From an uncultured Clostridium sp. (GTDB lineage Bacteria > Bacillota > Clostridia > TANB77 > CAG-508), in assembly GCA_946500615.1 (NCBI GenBank), contig CAMMWP010000002.1, positions 109,124 through 173,123 of the forward strand: 64,000 nt of DNA. Reading direction: 5' to 3'. Below are positions 9,812 through 19,070 of the stretch, one piece after another. Every line of letters begins with the position of its first letter. Within the stretch, counting starts at the first letter, position 1. The notes beneath the pieces are model-generated. The model saw nothing but the letters and a program-made list of their open reading frames with translations, did not search any database and was not told the DNA's origin. A program made the position numbers and the translations under genes.

Positions 9812-10195
9812 TTATTTCAATAAATCTTTATAATTATTTTTATCTTCTTGCATTTTTACCAATTGTGTAGTTAATAAGTAAACAATTTCCTTATTATAGT
9901 TATTTAGTTTTAGATAAGCTTCTAAAAATTTATCATCAACTAAATCATTAAATGAAGAAGAGTCAGACTCTATTAAATCATCAAAAAGGAAGTTAGAACT
10001 AATATTAAGTGCTTTACACAAATTAATAATTGTTGTTGCACTTCCAAAAGCAATACCTCTTTCTAATTGACTGATATACCTTGTTGATAAAGAAAGTTTT
10101 TCTGCTAATTTTTCTTGAGTATAATTTGTTCTAGATCTAGCTAATTTAATTTTTCTACCAATATTTTTTCTTAAATATTTCTCATTATTATCCAT
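9812..10195 (-). CDS. XRE-family transcriptional regulator
   Basis: HTH_3 pattern (IKLARSRTNYTQEKLAEKLSLSTRYISQLERG); SD GGAGGA. Confidence 0.75.
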   Translation of the reverse strand: MDNNEKYLRKNIGRKIKLARSRTNYTQEKLAEKLSLSTRYISQLERGIAFGSATTIINLCKALNISSNFLFDDLIESDSSSFNDLVDDKFLEAYLKLNNYNKEIVYLLTTQLVKMQEDKNNYKDLLK

Positions 10196-10359
10196 AAACT
10201 TTCCTCCATATTAATTTATTAGAAGTATATCAATTAGCCACATAAAATAGAATGAACTGATAATTAGATAAAAGTAGATGCAACATACGAAATGTTCATA
10301 AAAAGAAAAAGAAAAAAATAGATAAAATGTAAAAAATATAAAAAAATTTCAAAAAAGTA

Positions 10360-10388
10360 TTGCAAAATAAATAAAGTTATATTAAAAT
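10360..10388 (+). promoter_or_regulatory. sigma-A-type promoter of the mraZ/dcw operon
   Basis: TTGCAA (10360-10365), 17-nt spacer, TAAAAT (10383-10388). Confidence 0.55.
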
Positions 10389-10395
10389 CTAAATG

Positions 10396-10421
10396 AAGTG
10401 GAGAGAAGTGGTACAAAGTGG
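10396..10421 (+). promoter_or_regulatory. putative MraZ operator: three AAGTGG direct repeats at an exact 10-bp period
   Basis: AAGTGG at 10396, 10406 and 10416, immediately downstream of the -10 box. Confidence 0.6.
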
Positions 10422-10449
10422 TGGAAAAAGGAAAAGAGGTGGAAGACCA

Positions 10450-10875
10450 TTGCTAATTGGTGAATATGAGCATTCTCTAGACGTTAAAGGCAGATTAATT
10501 ATGCCAGTAAAATTAAGACAAGATATGGGTGAGAAGTTCATCGTAACAAAAGGGTTGGATGGATGTTTATTTGCTTTTTCACAAGAAGAATGGTTAAATT
10601 TTGAAACAAAACTAAAAGCATTACCTCTTTCTGATAGAAATGCCAGAAACTTTGTAAGATTTTTCTTATCTGGAGCTACTGAATGTGAATTAGACAAACA
10701 AGGAAGATTTTTAATACCAAATAACTTAAGAACAGCAGCTAATTTAGAAAAAGAAGTTGTCATCATTGGGGTAGGTACAAGACTAGAAATATGGGATAAG
10801 AGCATTTGGGAAAAATGCGATGAAGATATATCAGCAGATGAAATTGCCGAAAACATGGCAAACCTTGGTATATAA
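10450..10875 (+). CDS. mraZ: transcriptional regulator MraZ
   Basis: TTG 10450 with SD AGAGGTGG 6 nt upstream gives [14 protein letters not shown]..., the canonical MraZ N-terminus. Second half-domain [10 protein letters not shown]. The track start 10393 would put the operator repeats inside the CDS. Confidence 0.9.
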   Translation: MLIGEYEHSLDVKGRLIMPVKLRQDMGEKFIVTKGLDGCLFAFSQEEWLNFETKLKALPLSDRNARNFVRFFLSGATECELDKQGRFLIPNNLRTAANLEKEVVIIGVGTRLEIWDKSIWEKCDEDISADEIAENMANLGI

Positions 10876-10895
10876 CTTGAAAAAGTTTATATAGA

Positions 10896-11085
10896 TACAA
10901 AAGAAAAGCATACAAAAGAAAAAGTACAAAAATACGAAAGTAAAAAATACAAAAGATAAAAGAAAAGTGAACAAAAGATAAAAATACAAAAGCTTTAAAA
11001 AATACAAAAGATAAATTTTTTAAAGTACAAAAGATTTGAATATACGAATTATAAAACCATAAGATACAAAAGTTCTTAACAAAAG
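10896..11085 (+). repeat. cluster of about ten (A)TACAAAAG motifs in the enlarged mraZ-rsmH spacer
   Basis: Motif starts at 10896, 10911, 10925 (variant), 10948, 10970 (variant), 10985, 11003, 11026, 11065 and 11078 (variant). Spacing is irregular, 13-39 nt. Confidence 0.7.
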
Positions 11086-11194
11086 AATAAAAACAATTAA
11101 AACCCAAAAGAAAAAACAATATATAAGGATAAAGACAACTGGTAGTTTTTATATATTAGAAAATCATGCTGAAATTTTAATATATAAAAAACAT

Positions 11195-11288
11195 ATTGCA
11201 CACAAATTTCGACTTACGTAAAATTTGGTGCCAACAATGACGCGGGCTTTAAAATGTTATAAACAGAAAAAAGCCCGCTATTGTTTTT
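11195..11288 (+). repeat. Family A intergenic repeat, copy A3 (short subtype)
   Basis: TTGCAC-17-TAAAAT module, then hairpin AACAATGACGCGGGCTTT / AAGCCCGCTATTGTT and TTTTT. Ends 42 nt before rsmH. Confidence 0.8.
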
Positions 11289-11329
11289 ACCAGTTGTTTA
11301 AGTATCATTAAATAATAAGAGGTGTAAAA

Positions 11330-12262
11330 TTGAATTTTGAACATAAACCAGTTTTGCTTCAAGAATGTATTGAAGGATTAAATATAAAACCAGATGGAAT
11401 TTATATAGATGGTACAATGGGAGGAGCAGGACATAGTGTTGAAATTGTAAAAAGATTATCAAATAATGGGGAATTAATTGGAATTGATAGAGATGAAGAA
11501 GCTTTAAAAGCGTCCAAAGAAAGGCTAGCAGACTTTCACAATGTAACATATGTACATGATAATCATGATAATATAAAAGAGATATTACAAAAATTAAAAA
11601 TAGATAAAGTAGACGGGATTTTATTAGATTTAGGTGTTTCTTCCTATCAATTAGATGAAAGAAATCGAGGATTTAGTTACTTAGGCGAAAATGAACTGGA
11701 TATGAGAATGGATAAAACACAAGAACTAACAGCTAAAAAGGTTGTTAATTATTATACAGAAAAGGAATTATCCAGTATCCTCTATGAATATGGAGAAGAG
11801 CGATTTTCAAAACAGATTGCAAGAAATATTTGTGATTATAGAAAGCAAAAAACAATTTGTACCACAAAAGAATTAGTAGAAATCATAGAAAATTCAATAC
11901 CAAAATCGAAACAAAATGATGGACATCCAGCTAAAAGGACATTTCAAGCCATTAGAATAGAAGTAAACAATGAGATAAGACCATTATATAAAACAATTCA
12001 AGATTGTATAGATTGTTTAAAACCACAGGGAAGACTATGTGTCATTACTTTTCACTCATTGGAAGATAGAGCCGTTAAAAATGCTTATATAGAAGCAAAA
12101 GGAAAATGTATATGTCCAAGTGACTTACCATACTGTGTGTGTGGAGCAAAATCTTTAGGAAAAATAATCAATAAAAAACCAATTATTGCAACAAAGCAAG
12201 AGCAAGAAGAAAACTCTAGAAGTAAAAGTGCAAAATTAAGAATTTTTGAAAAAATCGGATAA
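11330..12262 (+). CDS. rsmH: 16S rRNA (cytosine1402-N4)-methyltransferase RsmH
   Basis: HKPVLL, DGTMGGAGHS, DLGVSSYQLD and FHSLEDR motifs; TTG start with SD AAGAGGTG. Confidence 0.93.
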   Translation: MNFEHKPVLLQECIEGLNIKPDGIYIDGTMGGAGHSVEIVKRLSNNGELIGIDRDEEALKASKERLADFHNVTYVHDNHDNIKEILQKLKIDKVDGILLDLGVSSYQLDERNRGFSYLGENELDMRMDKTQELTAKKVVNYYTEKELSSILYEYGEERFSKQIARNICDYRKQKTICTTKELVEIIENSIPKSKQNDGHPAKRTFQAIRIEVNNEIRPLYKTIQDCIDCLKPQGRLCVITFHSLEDRAVKNAYIEAKGKCICPSDLPYCVCGAKSLGKIINKKPIIATKQEQEENSRSKSAKLRIFEKIG

Positions 12263-12286
12263 AGTAAAGAGGAGGTGAAATAACTT

Positions 12287-12781
12287 ATGGCAAATCGATA
12301 CCAATATGGGACAAGTCCTAGAAAAATAGAAACCAATGATAAGAAAGAAAAAAGTAGACAAAATATAAAAATTGTAAAAGATTTACCAAAACAAGAAGTA
12401 AAAATATCAAAGCAACAAAAAATGAAACATAGAAAAGCAACTTTATTAGTATTAGCTATTTTTGCAGTATTATTTACCATAAGTTATAGAAATACCAAAA
12501 TCAATGAAAAATTTAATGAAATGCAAACACTAAAAGCAGAAGTATCCTCTTTACAAAAAGAAAACGAACAACTACAAGTAACAATAGAAAATAGCTTGAA
12601 TTTAAGTAATATAGAAAAACAAGCAAAAGAAAAACTAGGGATGCAAAAACTAACCAATAAACAAACAGTATATGTTAATTTACCAAAAAAAGATTATATA
12701 GAAACAGCAACAGAAAAAGTGCAAGTCAATGAAGATAAAAATTGGTTTGAAAAATTTGTTGATAAAATTTTTGATAGATAA
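12287..12781 (+). CDS. ftsL: cell division protein FtsL-like (single TM plus coiled coil)
   Basis: Position between rsmH and the PBP gene. TM segment ATLLVLAIFAVLFTISY followed by a heptad-rich region. Confidence 0.7.
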   Translation: MANRYQYGTSPRKIETNDKKEKSRQNIKIVKDLPKQEVKISKQQKMKHRKATLLVLAIFAVLFTISYRNTKINEKFNEMQTLKAEVSSLQKENEQLQVTIENSLNLSNIEKQAKEKLGMQKLTNKQTVYVNLPKKDYIETATEKVQVNEDKNWFEKFVDKIFDR

Positions 12782-12953
12782 TAGCATTATATGTGTAAAA
12801 CTGTTTCCAATGATTGTATGAATATAAGAAGCTTATTCTTGTTGTATACAGGAAAATCGTTAAAAATGTTGAAATACCAAGAAAAAATTCAATTTTTTTT
12901 ATACAATAAAAAAATTTTAAGCACGTCCTAAGTGTTCAAAAAGGCATAAAAAT

Positions 12954-12986
12954 AAACACCTCTAATACATATTATTAGAGGTGTTT
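12954..12986 (+). promoter_or_regulatory. 14-bp perfect hairpin that sequesters the SD of the downstream PBP gene (terminator/attenuator-like)
   Basis: AAACACCTCTAATA (12954-12967) pairs with TATTAGAGGTGTTT (12973-12986). The 3' arm contains the SD AGAGGTG. ATG at 12989. Confidence 0.6.
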
Positions 12987-12988
12987 TT

Positions 12989-14980
12989 ATGAATGAAATA
13001 AAACTAACCAGTAAAAAGAAGATGAGAAATACATTATTCATATCTTTCCTAATTATGATTTGTCTCATAGTTAGAATTGGATATATACAATTGGTACAGG
13101 GAAAGGAATTATCTAAGTTAGCATATGAACAGCAAACATTAGACCGAAAAATTAATCCAAAAAGAGGAACGATTTATGATGCAACTGGAAATAACATATT
13201 AGCTGTTAGTAGCACTGTGGAAACAGTTACTGTAAATCCAAGTAATATTTCGGATGAAAATAAAGAAAAAGTAGCAATGGCTTTAACAAATATATTTGAA
13301 TTGGATTATGAAACTGTATTAAAAAAGGTAAAAAAGAGAAGTTCAATAGAAACAATTGTAAAAAAAGTAGATAAAGAAGAAACAGATAAACTTAGAAAAT
13401 GGATGGAAGAAAATAATATAACAAGTGGAATTAATATAGATGAAGACACAAAAAGGTATTATCCATATAATGATTTTGCATCACAAGTAATTGGATTTTG
13501 TGGAAGTGATAATCAAGGATTAGATGGAATAGAGGCTAAATATGATGAAGAATTAAAAGGAAAACAAGGAGCGATACAAAAACATACAGATGCAAAAGGG
13601 GGAGAAATTGGAGAAGAAGGGGAAAACTATATATCAGCAGTAGATGGGAATGATTTGGTATTAACTATTGATTTAACCATTCAATCCATTGTAGAAAAAT
13701 ATTTAGAAGAAGCATGTATTGACAATGTATGTACAGATGGTGGTAGTATTATTGTTATGAATCCACAAAATGGCGACATTTTAGCAATGGCTAATTATCC
13801 AAAATATAATTTAAATGAACCATATGAACCATTCACAGAAGAATTGCGAGCAAATTGGAGCTCTATGGAACAACAGGAAAAAACAACACAGTTACAATCT
13901 GTTTGGAGAAACAAAGCCATTGCAGATACATATGAACCGGGTTCTGTTTTTAAGTTGATTACAGCTTCTGCGGCATTAGAGGAAGGAATCACAGATACAG
14001 ATAATGAAGGAGAATTTTGCTGTACAGGGGGAATTGAAGTTGCAGGGGTTAGAATAAAATGTTGGAGATATTATCGACCACATGGTTCTGAAAGTTTGCG
14101 ATTAGCATTAATGAATTCTTGTAACCCAGTATTTATTGGATTAGGGCAAAAAATGGGTGTTACGAAATATTATGAATATTTAGAAAAATTTAAATTATTA
14201 GAAAGAACAGGCATTGATTTACCGGGAGAAGCAGGAAGTATATTTTTAGCAAAAGAAAAGGCAGGTCCAGTAGAATTGGCAACCATTAGTTTCGGGCAAC
14301 GATTTGAAATTACACCTATACAATTGGCAACAGCTGTATCTAGTATCGCAAATGGCGGAACGAGTATAAAACCAAGAATCGTAAAACAAATCATTAATAG
14401 TGAGACAAAAGAAGTTACGGATATCCCAGTGGAAAAAAGAGATACCGTTATATCAAAGGAAACGTCTGAAAAAGTGTTAAGTATGATGGAAAGTGTTGTA
14501 TCAGAAGGTACTGGTAAAAATGCAAAAGTGGCAGGATACAGAATTGGTGGAAAAACAGGAACTTCTGAGGATGGTGTTAATACAAATAAATATGTTACTT
14601 CTTTTTGTGGAGTAGCTCCAATTGATAATCCACAAGTAGTGGTATTAGTTACTTTATATAATCCGACAGGTGAAGGGGGACACCAAGGAGGTGGTGTGGC
14701 AGCACCAGTAGGTGGTCAGATTTTTAGTGAAATATTACCATATTTAGAAGTAAATAAGCAAATATTAGAAGAAAACGAAGAAGAAACAATCAGTCAAGTT
14801 CAAGTGCCAGACATTATGGGAAAAACACTAAAAGAAGCTGAAGAAATCCTTAAAGAAAATCAATTGAAAATGTTTATAGAAAATGAAGAAATAGACAAAG
14901 AAAATACATATGTAAAAAATCAAATTCCAAGTTCGGGAATAACTGTAAACGAACAAAGTAAAGTCGTTGTAGAATATTAG
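12989..14980 (+). CDS. class B penicillin-binding protein (SpoVD/FtsI-type transpeptidase, one PASTA domain)
   Basis: N-terminal TM, dimerisation domain, transpeptidase motifs SVFK, SCN, KTGT, and a single C-terminal PASTA domain. Confidence 0.9.
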   Translation: MNEIKLTSKKKMRNTLFISFLIMICLIVRIGYIQLVQGKELSKLAYEQQTLDRKINPKRGTIYDATGNNILAVSSTVETVTVNPSNISDENKEKVAMALTNIFELDYETVLKKVKKRSSIETIVKKVDKEETDKLRKWMEENNITSGINIDEDTKRYYPYNDFASQVIGFCGSDNQGLDGIEAKYDEELKGKQGAIQKHTDAKGGEIGEEGENYISAVDGNDLVLTIDLTIQSIVEKYLEEACIDNVCTDGGSIIVMNPQNGDILAMANYPKYNLNEPYEPFTEELRANWSSMEQQEKTTQLQSVWRNKAIADTYEPGSVFKLITASAALEEGITDTDNEGEFCCTGGIEVAGVRIKCWRYYRPHGSESLRLALMNSCNPVFIGLGQKMGVTKYYEYLEKFKLLERTGIDLPGEAGSIFLAKEKAGPVELATISFGQRFEITPIQLATAVSSIANGGTSIKPRIVKQIINSETKEVTDIPVEKRDTVISKETSEKVLSMMESVVSEGTGKNAKVAGYRIGGKTGTSEDGVNTNKYVTSFCGVAPIDNPQVVVLVTLYNPTGEGGHQGGGVAAPVGGQIFSEILPYLEVNKQILEENEEETISQVQVPDIMGKTLKEAEEILKENQLKMFIENEEIDKENTYVKNQIPSSGITVNEQSKVVVEY

Positions 14981-15296
14981 GAAATAAAACCGTAATAGAA
15001 TGGTAACCCTAAATGACTACTTTTTAGAGTAAAAAGTTTAAAAACTCTATACAAAAAAAAATTTTCGTTATATAATATGAAGGATTAAATAGAATGATTT
15101 GCATATAATTAAGTATTAATAATCGAAAGGATTGAAAAGGTTGTAAAACAATTACAATTTGGCATCGCACAGGGGAGGACTTTATTTGAAATTTAATCAA
15201 TGCATAGAAAGTAGGAATCATAAATTTCAAACTTGTTTTCCTTGCTCAAATTTAATTATTTTCCAACCAAATTGCCTTAGGAAGGAATGAGAAAAA

Positions 15297-16793
15297 ATGG
15301 AATTAAAACAAATATTAGTAGGTTTAGAAAACTTAAAAGTAAAAGGAGATTTAGATATTCAAATATCTGGAATTGAAAACAATTCAAAAAATGTAAAAAA
15401 AGGATATTTATTTGTAGCAATACAAGGGTTTTCAACAGATGGTCATCAATATGTGGAAAATGCAATAGAAAATGGTGCAGTAGCTATTATGATACAAGAA
15501 GGTTGCAATTTAAGAAGTATGAAAATACCAGACAATATAACAGTTGTCATGGCAAAAGATACAAGAGAAGGATTGGCAATTGTATCAGATAATTTTTATG
15601 ATCATCCATCAAGAAAATTTAAATTAATTGGTGTTACAGGAACAAAAGGAAAGACAACAACAACATTTATGATAAAAGAAATATTAGAAAAAGCAGGAAA
15701 AAACGTAGGGTTAATAGGAACAATAGCAACATATATAAATGGCAAAAAAATCAAAGATAGTGATAGAACAACACCAGAAAGTTTAGAATTGCAACAAACT
15801 TTTGCAGAAATGGTAAAACAAGGTGTCGAAGTTGTAGTAATGGAAGTTTCTTCACAAAGTTTAAAATTAAATAGAGTTGAAAAATGTGAATTTGACATTG
15901 TTGTATTTACGAATTTTTCAGAAGACCATATTAGTCCAAAAGAACATCCAGACATGGAGGACTATTTCAAGTCAAAATTAAAATTATTTAAAATGTGTAA
16001 AACAGGAATTACCAATGCAGATGATTTACATGGAGCAAAAATACCAAGACTATTTCCAGAAAGTAATATAACAACATATGGAATTGATAATTATGCAAAT
16101 TTATTAGCGAAAGATATTACGATTACAAATTCTTATGTAGATTTTAAAGTAAAGATAAAAGATAAAAATGAGAGAGTAAAAACAGGAATACCGGGAAGAT
16201 TTAGTGTATATAATTCATTAGCAGCAATTTGTGTTGCACAAAAATTTGGTGTGGAACCAGAAAAGGTAAAAGAAGCACTAACAGAGGTAAGAGTACCGGG
16301 AAGATCAGAATTAGTAGATAATAAAAGAGAACTACCAATTATGATAGATTATGCACATTCACCAGAAAGTTTAGAAAATATACTTCAAGCAACAAAAAGT
16401 TACACAAGAGGAAAAGTGATATCTGTATTTGGATGTGGTGGAGACAGAGATGCAGGCAAAAGACCAATCATGGGAGAAATATCAGGAAGAATTGCTGACT
16501 TCACATTTATTACTTCAGACAATCCAAGAACAGAAGATCCACAAAAAATTGTAGAGCAAATTGAAGAAGGCATTAAAAAAACAAATGGAAAATATGAAGT
16601 GATTATCGATAGAGTAGAAGCGATAAAAGAAGCGATAAAAATGGCAACCAAAAGAGATATTATTATTTTGGCAGGAAAGGGACATGAACCATATCAAGAA
16701 ATTAACGGAAAAAAATATCCATTTGATGAAAGAATTATTGTTAGAGAGATTATAGAAGAATTAAATAAGGTAACAAAAACAAAGAAAAAATAA
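15297..16793 (+). CDS. murE: UDP-N-acetylmuramoyl-L-alanyl-D-glutamate--2,6-diaminopimelate ligase
   Basis: GVTGTKGKTTT P-loop; DNPR motif (TSDNPRTEDP), typical of meso-DAP-adding MurE. Confidence 0.92.
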   Translation: MELKQILVGLENLKVKGDLDIQISGIENNSKNVKKGYLFVAIQGFSTDGHQYVENAIENGAVAIMIQEGCNLRSMKIPDNITVVMAKDTREGLAIVSDNFYDHPSRKFKLIGVTGTKGKTTTTFMIKEILEKAGKNVGLIGTIATYINGKKIKDSDRTTPESLELQQTFAEMVKQGVEVVVMEVSSQSLKLNRVEKCEFDIVVFTNFSEDHISPKEHPDMEDYFKSKLKLFKMCKTGITNADDLHGAKIPRLFPESNITTYGIDNYANLLAKDITITNSYVDFKVKIKDKNERVKTGIPGRFSVYNSLAAICVAQKFGVEPEKVKEALTEVRVPGRSELVDNKRELPIMIDYAHSPESLENILQATKSYTRGKVISVFGCGGDRDAGKRPIMGEISGRIADFTFITSDNPRTEDPQKIVEQIEEGIKKTNGKYEVIIDRVEAIKEAIKMATKRDIIILAGKGHEPYQEINGKKYPFDERIIVREIIEELNKVTKTKKK

Positions 16794-16816
16794 AACGAAA
16801 GAAAGGTTGGATTAAA

Positions 16817-17797
16817 TTGATACTTGAAGTAAAGACATTAATGATTTCATTTGTAATATCTCTTATTTTAGGATGTATGATTATTCCAATATTAAAGAAA
16901 TTAAAGGTAGGACAAATAGAAAGAGATGATGGACCACAATCTCATTTAAAAAAGCAAGGAACCCCTACAATGGGTGGAATGATTATCATTATTGCCATGA
17001 TTATAGTAGTAACAGGAATGTATATATGGATGTCAATAAATGATAGTAGAGAAATAGCAAACAAAATATTACCAATTTTATTATTAACAATAGGATTTGG
17101 ATTAATAGGATTTATAGATGATTTTAAAAAACTTGTATTGAAAAATACAAAAGGCTTAAAGCCAAGTTATAAGATGATAGGGCTATTGGTTATTTCAGTA
17201 GCCTATGTAGCCTATTTGGTATATGGATTGAAACTGAGAACACAAACCTATATTCCAATTGCAAAAATGTATATTGATATACCAATTTATTTGTATATCC
17301 CTTTTGCTATCTTAGTTATATTAGGAGCAACAAATGCCGTAAATTTAACAGATGGAATAGATGGACTTTCTTCTAGTGTATGTGTTATTATTATCACTTG
17401 CCTTGCTGTGATAGGAATCATTTTGCAAGTTTATGAAGTATCTTTATTTGCAAGCATTGTTATCGGATGTGTTTTAGGATTTTTAATGTTTAACATTCAT
17501 CCAGCAAAAGTTTTTATGGGAGATACAGGTTCTTTAATGCTAGGTGGTGTTATTTCTGGATTAGCATTATATTTAAAAATGCCATTATTGTTACTTGTGA
17601 TCGCATTAGTACCAGTACTAGAGACAATTTCTGTTATGATTCAAGTAGTGTATTTTAAAAAAACAGGAAATCGATTTTTCAAGATGGCACCATTGCATCA
17701 TCATTTTGAATTATCGGGTTGGAAAGAGAATAAAGTAGTAATCGTGTTTAGTGTTGTCACATTAGTTTTATGTGTCATTGGACTAAAGATAATATAA
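16817..17797 (+). CDS. mraY: phospho-N-acetylmuramoyl-pentapeptide transferase
   Basis: GTPTMGG, NLTDGIDGL, MGDTGSL and PLHHHFE motifs; start codon uncertain. Confidence 0.92.
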   Translation: MILEVKTLMISFVISLILGCMIIPILKKLKVGQIERDDGPQSHLKKQGTPTMGGMIIIIAMIIVVTGMYIWMSINDSREIANKILPILLLTIGFGLIGFIDDFKKLVLKNTKGLKPSYKMIGLLVISVAYVAYLVYGLKLRTQTYIPIAKMYIDIPIYLYIPFAILVILGATNAVNLTDGIDGLSSSVCVIIITCLAVIGIILQVYEVSLFASIVIGCVLGFLMFNIHPAKVFMGDTGSLMLGGVISGLALYLKMPLLLLVIALVPVLETISVMIQVVYFKKTGNRFFKMAPLHHHFELSGWKENKVVIVFSVVTLVLCVIGLKII

Positions 17798-17924
17798 GAA
17801 AAATACGAAAAAATCTATAGGGGAATAAGATAGAAGTGGATTTTTTCTATACAATGAGAAAGCATGCTATATAATGTGCGAAATTAAAGAATTTTTATTG
17901 TATTGCTTTTTTCTTGGGAAAGGA

Positions 17925-19070
17925 ATGATAGAAAGAATGGTAAAGAAGAAAGGCAAGAGTTTTTCAAGCTTTCTAAAAAACCCAATTGATTTTACATTAT
18001 TGATAACCATATTGTTATTATTATCAATTGGGTTGATTATGTTACTTTCAGCAAGTTCACCATCGGCACTTTCTGAAAGAGGAAATAGCTATTCATATTT
18101 TTATAAACAAGCCATTTTTGCAGTAGCTGGTTTATTTATGATGTGGGTCATCTCAAATATAGATTATCGATTTTATCAAAAATATGCTAAATTAGCTTAT
18201 GTAATTGCATTTTTATCATTGCTAGCAGTGTTATTTATTGGTAGAACTGTCAATGGAGCAAAGCGATGGATTTATGTAACAGAGACATTGTCTGTTCAAC
18301 CATCTGAAATGACAAAAATGTTAATGATTTTATTTTATGCAGCTATATTAGTCAAAAACAGAGATGAATTGAGTAAATATGGAAAAGGATTTATAAAACA
18401 TTTATTATTATTAGTTCCAATTATTGGATTGCTAATAATAGAACCACATTTTAGTGCTTCCATTATCATTATTGGAATTGTAGCAATTATGATGATAATT
18501 GCAGGATGTAAATTTTGGCATTTTCTTGTAACAGGAGCAGTTGTGGGAATACCGGGAATCATTGGGTTGATTTTGTTAGAGCCATATAGAGCACAAAGAG
18601 TTGTGACCTTTCTAGATCCATGGAAAGATGCAACAGGAAATGGATGGCAAGTTATACAAAGTTTATATGCTATAGGCTCAGGAGGACTGTTTGGAGCTGG
18701 ATTAGGTGAAAGCAAACAAAAATATTTGTATATCCCAGAACCACATAATGATTTCATATTTTCTATATTAGGGGAAGAACTAGGGTTTATTGGATGTGCG
18801 ATTGTCATTATATTATTTGCTATATTCATATGGAGAGGAATATTAATAGCAATGAAATCGCCAGATATGTTTGGAAGTTTGCTTGCTATAGGAATTACAG
18901 CACAAATTGCAATACAGGTTATTATTAACATAGCAGTTGTTACATCATCAATGCCAGCAACAGGAATGCCATTACCATTCTTTAGTTATGGTGGATCTGC
19001 ATTGTTTATATTACTCTGTGAGATGGGAATACTTTTAAATATTTCAAAAGCAGGGGCAAAAAAAGAATAA
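17925..19070 (+). CDS. ftsW: SEDS-family peptidoglycan glycosyltransferase FtsW/SpoVE
   Basis: Ten-TM SEDS pattern (QPSEMTK, PEPHNDFIFS, GMPLPFFSYGGS). Start uncertain: 17874, 17925 or 17937. Confidence 0.85.
   Translation: MIERMVKKKGKSFSSFLKNPIDFTLLITILLLLSIGLIMLLSASSPSALSERGNSYSYFYKQAIFAVAGLFMMWVISNIDYRFYQKYAKLAYVIAFLSLLAVLFIGRTVNGAKRWIYVTETLSVQPSEMTKMLMILFYAAILVKNRDELSKYGKGFIKHLLLLVPIIGLLIIEPHFSASIIIIGIVAIMMIIAGCKFWHFLVTGAVVGIPGIIGLILLEPYRAQRVVTFLDPWKDATGNGWQVIQSLYAIGSGGLFGAGLGESKQKYLYIPEPHNDFIFSILGEELGFIGCAIVIILFAIFIWRGILIAMKSPDMFGSLLAIGITAQIAIQVIINIAVVTSSMPATGMPLPFFSYGGSALFILLCEMGILLNISKAGAKKE

Noticed and set aside
10896-11085. The TACAAAAG cluster (and the 25829-25955 repeats) as a CRISPR array
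   Set aside because: The repeats are only 8-18 nt with irregular spacing of 13-39 nt. There are no spacer-sized unique segments and no cas genes in the window.
10763-11119. 118-aa minus-strand ORF between mraZ and rsmH
   Set aside because: It is the reverse translation of the A-rich TACAAAAG motif array (poly F/L/Y/C). It overlaps the mraZ 3' end and has no SD.
14981-15296. Riboswitch or T-box in the 316-nt murE leader, including an 11-bp AT-only stem TTTGAAATTTA/TAAATTTCAAA at 15185-15231; likewise a T-box upstream of alaS
   Set aside because: I could not find the conserved T-box sequence, a specifier/antiterminator arrangement or any riboswitch core that I recognise. The only stems are weak AT-rich ones. 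This needs a covariance-model scan before any claim.
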